Below are positions 42,160 to 52,200 of a DNA stretch of 64,000 nt, one piece after another. Numbering within the stretch: the stretch's first letter is position 1; every line of letters begins with the position of its first letter. The notes beneath the pieces are model-generated. The model was not told where the DNA came from. It saw only the letters and a list, made by a program, of their open reading frames with translations, and did no database searches. The position numbers and the translations under genes were made by a program. This stretch comes from a bacterium (GTDB lineage Bacteria > Hinthialibacterota > Hinthialibacteria > Hinthialibacterales > Hinthialibacteraceae), in the NCBI GenBank assembly GCA_963663405.2, contig CAXXSM010000053.1:160001-224000 (forward strand). The letters run 5' to 3'.

Positions 42160-43986
42160 TTGTTTCCGATTATGAATCTACCCGAACGTCTGGTATCCAT
42201 TCTTTTATCGCGTAGGACACACGTTTACATCGCGCTGTTTTTATTACTTGTATTAGTGATCCCATTTGTCTGGACGTTGCGGGGGATTCCCACGTTTATG
42301 TGGAGCTGGGTGTACAATCAAGAAACGCTTGAAGGGATTCATTCCTTCGAAGATCTATGCGTGTTTTTTAGGGATCTTCGAGTCTCCATCCCACCTGTTT
42401 TAGTTCTGTTTGAAATCCTGACATTGAAACTCACAGGCGGCCTTTACCTGATCACTGATTTATTTTACCGGTTCTTGTTCGTCCTTTCCTTTTTTATGAG
42501 TATCGCTGTGTTCAAGCGGACGATTGGCAATGTGTGGCTGTCGTTGGCGCAGGCGCTCGTATTTGCGTGGGGCGCGTCGTGGATTCATCCTTTGAATCCG
42601 CAGATTTATGATTTCTGGTTCCCTTGCTGTCTTTTGCTCTATTTATATTTTTTACGAAAATCTGCCGATGAAGAAAATACACCGTATGGAATAGGATTCT
42701 TCTGCTTTCTTTCCGGATTGTTTCTAACGTTCACAGAATTGTCCCGCCCTTTTGTCTTTTTTATGATGCCTGTCATACTGCTGTTTTCCCTCCTGCGTAT
42801 TCGAGAATATAAATGGAGGCATATTGCCTATTTTATTCTTCCCATTATCTTTTTTTCCGGTGGGTGGCATCTTAAATTATATAGTTGCAACGATCGGCAG
42901 ATCTTAATCACCAACCACAGCGGCTACAATCTAGAACGCGCTTGGAGACACGTTCCGCTCCCGGATATTGAAAAACTGCATGCGGAAGGATACAACCACC
43001 CGGAACATTCGCGGATTAACAATCAACTCCGCAACGCGATTGTCCGGTATATCCTTACGCATCCCATCAGCAGTGTTAATCATAGTATTAGAAGGCTGTG
43101 CGCGCTGTTGGAGCCACAAGTCCACGCGGAACAGGTCCAGCAGTTGAAAGAACCTGTCCGCCTGGTACCTCCCACTCATCCCTTGTTAAATGTATACATT
43201 TTGCTTGTACGTCTATCTGCTCTCTATCTTCTCTTCTGCCTAATACAACTCACAATTAACTGCGTTACTCATTTTGATATTGATGAAATTGTGAGAGAAG
43301 AAAACATACATATTATCTGTACAGCCGCCGCTCTTTTTTTTCTGGCGGTGGGGGAATCGGGGGAAGAATACCGGTTTCTCATATCCGCTCTTCCCTTGTT
43401 GGCTGCAACGCAGTGGGCGCCGGGAGAAGTGAAGGATCGGTATGAATCATATAAATCACTGATCTTGCCGGTCATGGTGTTTGGTTTGATCTGCGCCAAT
43501 CTAATTTCAACGGCTGTGTTTTATCTCAATGACGGCCAGGCGATGTCGGCAAAAAATGTTGCGCCCATCGCGAGAGTCGAAGTGAGTTCAAACCACCCCT
43601 ACTCATGGCCAGGCGGCGCGATCGATGGGATTGTGAGCGGGCATCCGTTCAATTCCCGGTTTGAGTGGATCGCCGACCAGGAAAACGAAGGCGCCTGGAT
43701 CCGCCTGCGGTGGGATACGCCGCAGTGGGTGGATCGTGTCTGGTTGTACGACCGGCCGAATTATGAGGATCAAATCCTCGAAGGCGAACTCGTTCTTAAT
43801 TCGAATCCCCCCATTCCATTCGGCGCGCTGGATGATGACGCGGTCACAAAAACGGAAATCAAGTTCTCTCCGGAATGGGTCTCTACGCTCACGGTTCGCG
43901 TGAAAAAAGTGAAGCCCAAAGGACCCAATACCGGATTGGCGGAAATCATTGTTTTTCGCTCGAATGAAAAGGAAGGAAGTCAATAA
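42160..43986 (+). CDS. Polytopic membrane protein (GT-C-like) with C-terminal discoidin/F5-8-like domain
   Basis: About 10 hydrophobic segments, then NVAP.A.VEVSS...AIDG...EW...GAWIRLRW...LYDRPN...GLAEI.VF. Confidence 0.7.
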   Translation: MFPIMNLPERLVSILLSRRTHVYIALFLLLVLVIPFVWTLRGIPTFMWSWVYNQETLEGIHSFEDLCVFFRDLRVSIPPVLVLFEILTLKLTGGLYLITDLFYRFLFVLSFFMSIAVFKRTIGNVWLSLAQALVFAWGASWIHPLNPQIYDFWFPCCLLLYLYFLRKSADEENTPYGIGFFCFLSGLFLTFTELSRPFVFFMMPVILLFSLLRIREYKWRHIAYFILPIIFFSGGWHLKLYSCNDRQILITNHSGYNLERAWRHVPLPDIEKLHAEGYNHPEHSRINNQLRNAIVRYILTHPISSVNHSIRRLCALLEPQVHAEQVQQLKEPVRLVPPTHPLLNVYILLVRLSALYLLFCLIQLTINCVTHFDIDEIVREENIHIICTAAALFFLAVGESGEEYRFLISALPLLAATQWAPGEVKDRYESYKSLILPVMVFGLICANLISTAVFYLNDGQAMSAKNVAPIARVEVSSNHPYSWPGGAIDGIVSGHPFNSRFEWIADQENEGAWIRLRWDTPQWVDRVWLYDRPNYEDQILEGELVLNSNPPIPFGALDDDAVTKTEIKFSPEWVSTLTVRVKKVKPKGPNTGLAEIIVFRSNEKEGSQ

Positions 43987-44040
43987 AAGGCAGTATGTTA
44001 TGAACGATTCCTAGAATTAAAATACTGAATTATTGCCTTT

Positions 44041-44086
44041 TGTCCCACAGGGACATTATAAAATAGCCTAGGATTTCAATCCTGGG
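44041..44086. repeat. Family D repeat, partial copy
   Basis: TGTCCC-aca-GGGACA...AAATAGCCTAGGATTTCAATCCTGGG, with the same order and spacing as 32787..32832. Confidence 0.75.
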
Positions 44087-44192
44087 CGTTTCTGGACGAA
44101 TTAAATGATTTATCAATAAAAGAGGTTCATCCGGTAATTGAGTACAAAAATCATTTTGGGGAATTGCGATCTTTGTTCAGGATGGCTTAATC

Positions 44193-44334
44193 GTCTGAAC
44201 CATGATTTAAAAGCCAGCTAAAAGCCGCCACCGCGCGGCGTTGTCGTTACTGGCGCTGTCTTACAAGGATTATAGGATTACCATGATTTAAAAATCAGGA
44301 AAATCAAGCGAATCAAGTAAATCAAGGTTCAGAC
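44193..44334. repeat. Family C MITE-like palindrome, second full copy, with nested insert in the left arm
   Basis: GTCTGAACCATGATTT...AAATCAAGGTTCAGAC; core ccatgatt-aaaaatca.gaaaatcaagcgaatcaagtaa shared with the 30655 copy; insert at about 44209..44264. Confidence 0.85.
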
Positions 44335-44447
44335 AATAAGAATCCTGCATAGCAGCGCTGGATTTCACAATTTCTCTCAATAAGTGAATGGATTGCTGAG
44401 AAACGTACTCACTTGCCGGAAGAACCATAAAAGAAAGGTATTCTGAA

Positions 44448-45518
44448 ATGAAGGCAGCAGTAATCACATCCTTATGGATCGCCGCAGCTTGCTTAACAAC
44501 GTTGAGTGGAGACATCGAGGTTGAACGAATTGCAGGCCCCGAATATGCAGGCGCCTACAAACACCCCGCGTCAATTACGGAACTACAGAACGGCGATCTA
44601 TACGCCGCGTATTATGGCGGTTCGGGAGAATACGGAACGGATACAGCGGTCTATGGTCTTCGGAAAAAACAGGGTGAAGACAAATGGTCATCCCCCTCAA
44701 TCATCGCGGACACACCGGACCGGTCCGAGGGCAATCCTGTCGTCTGGCAGGCGCCGGATGGACTCGTCTGGCTTTTCTATGTCAACCGGTATGGCGACAC
44801 ATGGTCTTCATCGCGGGTCAAAGCCAAAATTTCTAACGATGGCGCGCTGTCATGGTCCGATTCTTTCATGCTGACATTTGAAAAGGGAACAATGGTGCGT
44901 GGACAACCGATCCTGCTGAATGATGGAGATTATCTTCTGCCCTTGTATTATGAAACGGGCGATGACACGGAAATGTCGGCCCCCAGCACCTGTTCGTTTT
45001 TTATGCGCTACAATCCAAAAACGAAATCGTGGAAGCAAACAAACCGAATTCGCTCTTCGATGGGAAATCTCCAAGCGCAGGCCGCGCAAATCACGGATGA
45101 TTATGTAATCTGTTATCTCCGGCGGGGCGGTAATTTCGAACCGACAGATGACGGTTATCTCTTGCGCGCTGAATCGCATGATGGTGGCTGCACGTGGAGT
45201 GAAGCGGTAAAAACACAGTTTCCCAATCCCAATGCAGCGGTGGATTTCATCAAATTGAAAAATGGACATCTACTGTTGGTCTATAATGACAATATGAATG
45301 AACGCACTCCACTCACCGTGGCGATTTCCACGGATCACGGTAAGACTTTTCCTTACAAACGGAATATCCAGGATGGGGATAACACCTTCGCCTACCCCTA
45401 CGCGATTCAAACGCGTGATGAAAAAATCCACATCGTTTACACCACCGATGAACGCACGGTTGTCATGCAGGCTGTCTTTGATGAAACCGCGATTCTTAAA
45501 AGTCCTTCACAAGAATAA
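44448..45518 (+). CDS. Exo-alpha-sialidase/BNR_2 family protein
   Basis: H.ASITEL.NGDL, Asp-boxes SNDGALSW, SHDGGCTW, STDHGKTF; AYP..IQ. Signal peptide. Confidence 0.88.
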   Translation: MKAAVITSLWIAAACLTTLSGDIEVERIAGPEYAGAYKHPASITELQNGDLYAAYYGGSGEYGTDTAVYGLRKKQGEDKWSSPSIIADTPDRSEGNPVVWQAPDGLVWLFYVNRYGDTWSSSRVKAKISNDGALSWSDSFMLTFEKGTMVRGQPILLNDGDYLLPLYYETGDDTEMSAPSTCSFFMRYNPKTKSWKQTNRIRSSMGNLQAQAAQITDDYVICYLRRGGNFEPTDDGYLLRAESHDGGCTWSEAVKTQFPNPNAAVDFIKLKNGHLLLVYNDNMNERTPLTVAISTDHGKTFPYKRNIQDGDNTFAYPYAIQTRDEKIHIVYTTDERTVVMQAVFDETAILKSPSQE

Positions 45519-45738
45519 ATTGCATGAATTATCCGCTGAAGTGCTTGGATTCTAGGCTCAGAGACAGTACATTAATTAAAACAGACGTTCCGCAGTAACG
45601 AAACGGCCAACGTTTACCGCACGATATGGAGTGGTTGAATTTCCATCGATCGATAACGACCGCGCAACATACGTATACCGTTTCGCCATCTTGATTGGAA
45701 TGTCGAGAATGGATCGCAGGAAGAAAAGAAAGGAATCC

Positions 45739-46947
45739 ATGATGAAAAAAAAATCGGCCCCTAAACAATCCGCCGTCCGCTCCCTAGGTCTTTCCACTCG
45801 CGCGGTCCACGCGGCGGAGCCGAGAAGAAAATACGCGGATTCAATGACGACTCCGATCGTGCAAACCTCTACGTTTACATTCGAAAGCAGTCAACAGATT
45901 GAGAATTATACAAAAAAAGGTAAAGAGCATTTTGAATACGGCCGGTATGGCAATCCAACGGTTCAAGTCACCGAACGGCGCCTCGCCAATCTCGAAGGCG
46001 CCGAAGACTGCCTTTTGTTTACATCCGGGATGAGCGCCATTACGACCACGATCCTTTCCTTAGTGAAATCGGGCGATCATATTGTCATTACAGATGATAG
46101 TTATAAAAAGACACTCGATTTTTGTAATTCGTATTTAAAGCAGTTTGGAATTGACTGCACAATCGTCCCATTCGGAAACTATGAAGTTTTAGAGAAGTCT
46201 ATCCAAGACAACACGCGATTCATCTTTTCCGAATCGCCGACCAATCCATATTTGAACATATTTGATTTAGTCAAAATTAAGGAAATCGCGGAAAAATTTA
46301 ATGTGCTTACACTCATTGACAGCACGTTCAGCACACCTTTGAACCAACGCCCTATCGAATTCGGGATGGACATTGTACTTCATAGCGCGACGAAATATCT
46401 GGCGGGTCACAATGATATTCTCGCCGGCGCTGTTCTGGGGAAGAGAGAACTTGTCGACCCAATCCGAAATCTCCACAAAGCGATGGGTGGGGTGATCGAC
46501 CCGCATTGCTGTTACCTGCTCCTGCGAGGCCTCAAGACGTTTCCGTTGCGGGTCGCCAAGCAAAATGAAACCGCCCTGAAGATCGCTCACTATCTTGAAG
46601 AACACAAACGCGTGAAGCGTGTCTACTATCCGTTCCTCGAAAGTCACCCCCATTACAATGTGGCGATCGAACAGATGACGGGAGGTGGGGGCGTTGTCTC
46701 GTTTGATATTAAAGGCACGCTGAAAACATCCAAACAATTCATGGACGCATTGGAATTGTGTTACATCGGACCCAGCTTAGGGGGCGTCGAAACATTAATC
46801 ACGCATCCCGCTATGGTCAGTTATTACGACTACACAAGACAAGAACGCTACAAACTCGGTATCAGCGACACACTCTTCCGCCTTGCCGTCGGCATCGAAG
46901 ACGCGGACGATTTAATCAATGATCTAGAAAAAGGATTCAGCGCGTAA
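45739..46947 (+). CDS. metB: Cystathionine gamma-synthase family PLP enzyme
   Basis: YGRYGNPT, SGMSAI, ESPTNP, DSTFSTP, HSATKYLAGHND, SLGGVETL. Confidence 0.85.
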   Translation: MMKKKSAPKQSAVRSLGLSTRAVHAAEPRRKYADSMTTPIVQTSTFTFESSQQIENYTKKGKEHFEYGRYGNPTVQVTERRLANLEGAEDCLLFTSGMSAITTTILSLVKSGDHIVITDDSYKKTLDFCNSYLKQFGIDCTIVPFGNYEVLEKSIQDNTRFIFSESPTNPYLNIFDLVKIKEIAEKFNVLTLIDSTFSTPLNQRPIEFGMDIVLHSATKYLAGHNDILAGAVLGKRELVDPIRNLHKAMGGVIDPHCCYLLLRGLKTFPLRVAKQNETALKIAHYLEEHKRVKRVYYPFLESHPHYNVAIEQMTGGGGVVSFDIKGTLKTSKQFMDALELCYIGPSLGGVETLITHPAMVSYYDYTRQERYKLGISDTLFRLAVGIEDADDLINDLEKGFSA

Positions 46948-46972
46948 CTTACATTTAAACAATATAAAAGAA

Positions 46973-47002
46973 GTCGGGTGGGTCGCGCTTTATCGACCCA
47001 CC
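46973..47002 (+). repeat. REP palindrome (family A) between convergent genes
   Basis: GTCG GGTGGGTCG-CGCTTTAT-CGACCCACC. Confidence 0.78.
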
Positions 47003-47030
47003 GGGAATGCCGCGTTGAAATAGTATCCAA

Positions 47031-49115
47031 TCACCCAACTGCCGGAACAGCCCCCCACGGTTCAATCTGTTTCAGTTTCTTCTTTTCTAATTCACGATAC
47101 ACATCCGGCATATCGAATTTTTCCAATACATTCGGGATCAACGCGGAAAGTGGCCATTTATAGAATTCAGTCACCGCGATCTCTGTGTAAGACGTCAGAG
47201 CATTCTTCAATGTAACCTGCGTGACGAGATCCGAAAGCAGGGAAGTGAACGCCGCCGGGAGGGCGCCCCAACCTCTGCCGATGATATGAACTTCCGCATG
47301 GCCAACGCCTTTCAACCAATCCAATACACGCAGCGCGTCCCGCGTCTTCTGCCCTACATACGGATCGTCCAGCATGAGCGAATGCGCCGCGTAAAAATAG
47401 TCACAGCCATACGGCTGCAGATAATCCGAACCGCAGGTGTTCGGGATGGATTCCCCAATACCACGCACATCACACGCGTAAAACGCGGATTCCGGTTCCG
47501 CGCCGATGATTTCCCGAATCAGTGGCTCTTCCCGCAGTTCCCTGTCGCTCGAATGATGGGCGATGTATAGAATCGCCCGTTTCGCGCCTTTAGGGGGGCG
47601 GGAATAGTGTGATTCCTCAGTGAGAAGTGTGACTAGCGCGTGAATCCCGCGCTCTGTATTGACGGCGTATGTGGCCGAATTCGGTTTGGGATACCGGCGG
47701 GAGCGGGAAGGGCGCAGGATGCGGTATTCGGGAATTCCCCGGTTAGGCGTGAGTTTGAGCGTCTCTGTCACGGCGTCCCGCAACGCGGCTCCGCGCAGGG
47801 TGGAGCGAGTGTTTGCGAGTGTTTCCGCTTTCTCTTTTGTGAATGAGAAAATTGTCCGTGAGTCCAATTCACACACTTGGCCTTTTGGCGTACACCAGAG
47901 CGTTTCGTCTTCTTCGATTGTAATTTCAGGCTCGGATTGCACATCGGAAACACCTGTCGCGCGATTGAACCATCGATACATCGCCTCGCGGTTTTCTTGT
48001 GTATATCCGTGGTAAGAGGGGCCGATGAATAATTGAATATTCTCTTCCGCGCCGAGAAGCCGGTATAAGCGGCGCAGGCGTTCATACGTTTCTTCGACGC
48101 CACGGGCGTCGAAATAGTCTTTTTCTTTCGCCAAAATAATGACGGGTTTCGGCGCCATCGCCGCCAGAAAATCATCATGATCCAGGCCCAGCGCCAATAC
48201 TTTGGGAGGGCACTGTTCGGTGTCCGCGGGCAGTTCGTTTTCCATATTACGCCGGAACGTAATGACAAAACAACTCGGTGCGGCCATTGTCCAGCGGCGC
48301 TCGACGCCACAGAGCCACGTCGTCATCGTGCCTCCACCGGAATTGCCGGTTACGCCGATATGCTTTGGATCCACTTCCTCGCGGGTGAGCAGATAATCGA
48401 GCGCGCGCACTCCATCCCAAGCCCGCCAGGCGCCGAAAAATTCACCCACTAGATATTGCTGATTCCCACCGTGTAGATGTTCCAATACACCGGGACTAAG
48501 TTTTGATTGCAGATCATCGTTTGGATATTGCAGGCGTTCTCCCTGACTGATCGGATCGTAGAGGAGTACAGCGTAACCCATCCGCGCCAAGCCCTGCGCG
48601 AATGATTGGTACGATTCATACGCTTTTCCGTTGGCGGAATGTCCGCAGGTACCCACTACGCCGGGGACGGGAAATGTCCGGCCCTTGGGTAGGTATAAAT
48701 TCGCCGTGACATAAAATTTAGGGCGGCTCTCAAAAATGATTTTCTCAATCGTATAGGTATCCCGTTCGACAACGCCGGTAACGCGGGGATTGAGAGGCGT
48801 TTTCTCTGGGAATGGGCCGAAACTTTGCCGGATTTTTTCTTGAATCGACTGTACGTACGCTTCAGCGTCAGCCCGTGTTTGCAACGCCGCTTTGGTTTGC
48901 AGGCTTCTGCGTTCAGCGCGCCGAACACGCTGCGTAAAATATTCCTGGACCATCCGTGGAAAGCGGTTCAATGGTTCAAGCGCGCGGCCGGCCGCTTCTC
49001 CCGCCATGACGGTGTTCGATCCCAACCATTCCGTTACGGTCAATCCAAAAATGGAAAGCCCACTCAGTTCGAGAAACAGCCGCCGGTTGACCGGTTCTGA
49101 TTGTTTTCGTTTCAT
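47031..49115 (-). CDS. Tat-exported alpha/beta hydrolase (acetylxylan esterase-like, two hydrolase-fold domains)
   Basis: NRRLFL, CGHS.NGK, DPISQGER, GNSGGG nucleophile elbow; degenerate second domain (DVRGIGE, GRGWG). Confidence 0.87.
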   Translation of the reverse strand: MKRKQSEPVNRRLFLELSGLSIFGLTVTEWLGSNTVMAGEAAGRALEPLNRFPRMVQEYFTQRVRRAERRSLQTKAALQTRADAEAYVQSIQEKIRQSFGPFPEKTPLNPRVTGVVERDTYTIEKIIFESRPKFYVTANLYLPKGRTFPVPGVVGTCGHSANGKAYESYQSFAQGLARMGYAVLLYDPISQGERLQYPNDDLQSKLSPGVLEHLHGGNQQYLVGEFFGAWRAWDGVRALDYLLTREEVDPKHIGVTGNSGGGTMTTWLCGVERRWTMAAPSCFVITFRRNMENELPADTEQCPPKVLALGLDHDDFLAAMAPKPVIILAKEKDYFDARGVEETYERLRRLYRLLGAEENIQLFIGPSYHGYTQENREAMYRWFNRATGVSDVQSEPEITIEEDETLWCTPKGQVCELDSRTIFSFTKEKAETLANTRSTLRGAALRDAVTETLKLTPNRGIPEYRILRPSRSRRYPKPNSATYAVNTERGIHALVTLLTEESHYSRPPKGAKRAILYIAHHSSDRELREEPLIREIIGAEPESAFYACDVRGIGESIPNTCGSDYLQPYGCDYFYAAHSLMLDDPYVGQKTRDALRVLDWLKGVGHAEVHIIGRGWGALPAAFTSLLSDLVTQVTLKNALTSYTEIAVTEFYKWPLSALIPNVLEKFDMPDVYRELEKKKLKQIEPWGAVPAVG

Positions 49116-49210
49116 CTTGTATATACCCCACGATCGTCAAGATAATACCATCGTACGGCAAGACGAGGCAGAAAACAATGCGGAAGGAATAGAATGCAGG
49201 CGCTTTGTTT

Positions 49211-52200
49211 CTACTTCAATTCTTGGAAATTCCGTACGCTGGAACCTTTCAGCGTATTGCTGGGTGATATCACATCGAGATAGAAATCATACGCCTCTTC
49301 TTCTCCATCTGAATAGATCACCAAAACACGGATAGGGCCGCCCTTGGTGTCTTGGGGTACCGCCCAGCGCAAGAGTCCGGTTTCACTGCAGGTCAATCCA
49401 TCCGGTCCTTCCAATAATGCAAAGGCGGGGGCGCCGTTTGGATCATAGACTTCGATCTGATGCTGATAGGTTGTATCTTCCACCGCGCTCAATGAGGGAG
49501 AGGAGAGTATATGATTTGTGGAATTCTCGGATGCCGGTAATTCGTAGGCGTAACGGGCTTTGATCGTAAAGGATTCATCGATGGTTTCTGTAAGCGTCCC
49601 CTGGACGTAGATAGACCGTTCGAGTTTGACCGTGTGTACGCCTTCTTGCTCAGAGGTTGGCGTCCATTGCATGAATCCATTTGATTCCTGAACCGTCATT
49701 CCCTCCGGTCCATTAAGGAGTGTCCATTTCATCTCGATTCCATTTTGAAAATGCCGTTCACAATCGCTGAATTTGGGCATGTATACATACTCGACGCCAA
49801 TCCGCGCATACGGATAGGGAGCGCTGATTAGAACGGGCGGTGTACTGCCATCCGCGGCGTGGGGAACCACCCGGAGAACGGTTTCCGGATGGGAGAATTT
49901 CGTTTCTTCGCTGATCGCGAGTACTGTAACAAGATAGGGAACGCCGTTCGTCATGTCCGTGATGGTGAGTTGATGATTCTCTCTGCCGTATACACTATAC
50001 TCGCCTTCAAAATGACCCAGGTCATCTTGTTCTGTCCATCGGACGGCGTAGCCTGCGACAGTGGGATCGGTGGACGGTTCCCATTCGACAGTGAAATGCC
50101 GATCCCCACATGCGACTGCGATTCCAGTGACCGCCGCCGGGGCATCTGGATCGCTGATGAAAATCCGCTCTTCTGAATAATCCCAAACCATCCCAAATTG
50201 GCCGTCGGATATGCCGGCTGCAACGTAATAGTAGCCAGCGGGAACGGATAGAGCTGTAGTGTCGAAGGTGTGTGAATTGATCTCACCTTCTTCTGGATAG
50301 GCTCCGATTATATACCCGGCGCCTTCCGTCCGGTCTGGATCGAGATAGACGAAAACCGAAGCGTTGTCGTCTGGATCGTGACAATCCCATGTGACAGTAC
50401 ACTCGTTAGCTTGTCCGGTGAATTCCACGGACAGCAATTCAATTTCGGCGGGATTCCCCATGACAAGGGCTTCAACCGTGAAATTGCCAAGCTGTTCTTC
50501 ATTGCTGACGGTGATGATGTAATCTCCAGCGGCTGGACTGTCTATCGTAAAGTAGCCTTCACGGGCGGCCGGTTTGAGAGTGGAATACCCGATAACTTCC
50601 GAAAATCCATCCGGCAGGAATCCATCAGTAAAATTCAAGATGGTTCTGTCTGGAAGCGTCAACGTCATGGCGAGAGCGGCGCCATCTTCATTTTCATAAT
50701 TCAACCGGAAAATCACCGCCGGCGCCCCTTCGGGAACGTGCAGCGTGGTTACGGTTTCACCGGCTGGAGAAACTTGAAATGGTTTCATGCCGTTCCCTGT
50801 CGTCGACGCGTCGACCCGGTTCCAGTTATCCATAAAAGAGAGGATGGCGATTGGTTTCTTCTCTTCTACGCTCATCGGTTTTGAAGATTTCTGTTGGCGC
50901 CAATGGGCGTAAGGCGTTAAAGATCCTGTAGGTTCTTCTAAAATGTATGGCTGATTGTAGGGGATTTCCCATGAATTGAGGGGTTGGGCCAATTGTTTCC
51001 ATCCCCCCTCAAATTCCACTCCGCTTGTTCCAAAACGAATCAATGCGCTCGCGTACCAGAGTAAAAAATCCGCCCGCGCGTAAATGAAATCTTGGGTGAC
51101 TCGTCCATCGATCCCGGCTAATTCATTTCCGCCGACAATTGGAATCGCATCGGGAATTTGGATGTGCGCGGATATGCCGCCGTGGAACAATGTGTCCCAC
51201 ACGCGGGCCTCTTCGGGAGTATCGCATAAACCTATGTTGGTGTCTTGCCAATTATTCAGCGCGTTTTGAACGCATTCATCATCAAAGTGATCCAGATCGT
51301 CGTACGCGGACGCCGGCGTCATAGGGCATAGACTCGTGACAAACTGGGTTCGCCAACTGCCGCCTGAGAGCGTTCCTTCAATTTTAATCACACCAGGAAT
51401 TAGATAATTACAGACGCTGTAAAGGAACATATTCGGAAACTGGTATGTGATCTGACTGTCGCTGAGTTCAAAAAATCCAAAGAATTTTGAGGAGGAAAAA
51501 ATGGAAATGTAGATGGGCCAAGGTTTAACTTTTCCTCCGGCGGTCACTTCCACAATCGCAATACCATCCACCGCAGGCAAGACGGTTAATGTCAGGGAGC
51601 CTTCCAAATAAAAGGACGCCAATCGTTCTAATTCCTCCAGGTCGATCATGATATCGCCTATACTGATATCGATCGATTGGAGAAATACAATATCCATTCC
51701 ATCAATATTTTGATCCAGGCCGGAAGCGGCGATCCGGAATTTTTTCAAACCAGAATACGCCATCCCACGATCCTGCAGTTTGCCGACTTCGAGTTCTGTA
51801 TCAATCCCGGGTGAAGAATCGTCGTCCAAGCCGGGAACGCCGGATAACTGCGCGAGATGAATCCCGCCTCCGACATGAAGATAAAAAGCCGGATCGGTCG
51901 CCAATTGAAATGTGACACCCGTTAGACTGCCTACCCCTTCAAGGATCAAATCGGGGAGTTGAAGATCGATTTCAGAAAATCCAACATTTTCTCCATCAAA
52001 ATAAACCGTTAATTGCTCTTCGATCGGCTGATAAACGCTTGCTCCAGGTTTGGTGGGATCGCTATCTGAGGCCATGGCGAAGATTTGAGGCAGACGAAGC
52101 GTTGAGGTTAAATACAATTTTCCATCATGGATATCAATGGCGCCACCAAGAAACGAGAAATCCAGTCCATATGAACGGAATGGTTCACTCCCTTCCGCGT

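Noticed and set aside
45519-45738. SAM riboswitch upstream of metB
   Set aside because: No SAM-I or SAM-II consensus recognisable. An Infernal/Rfam scan would be needed to exclude it fully.
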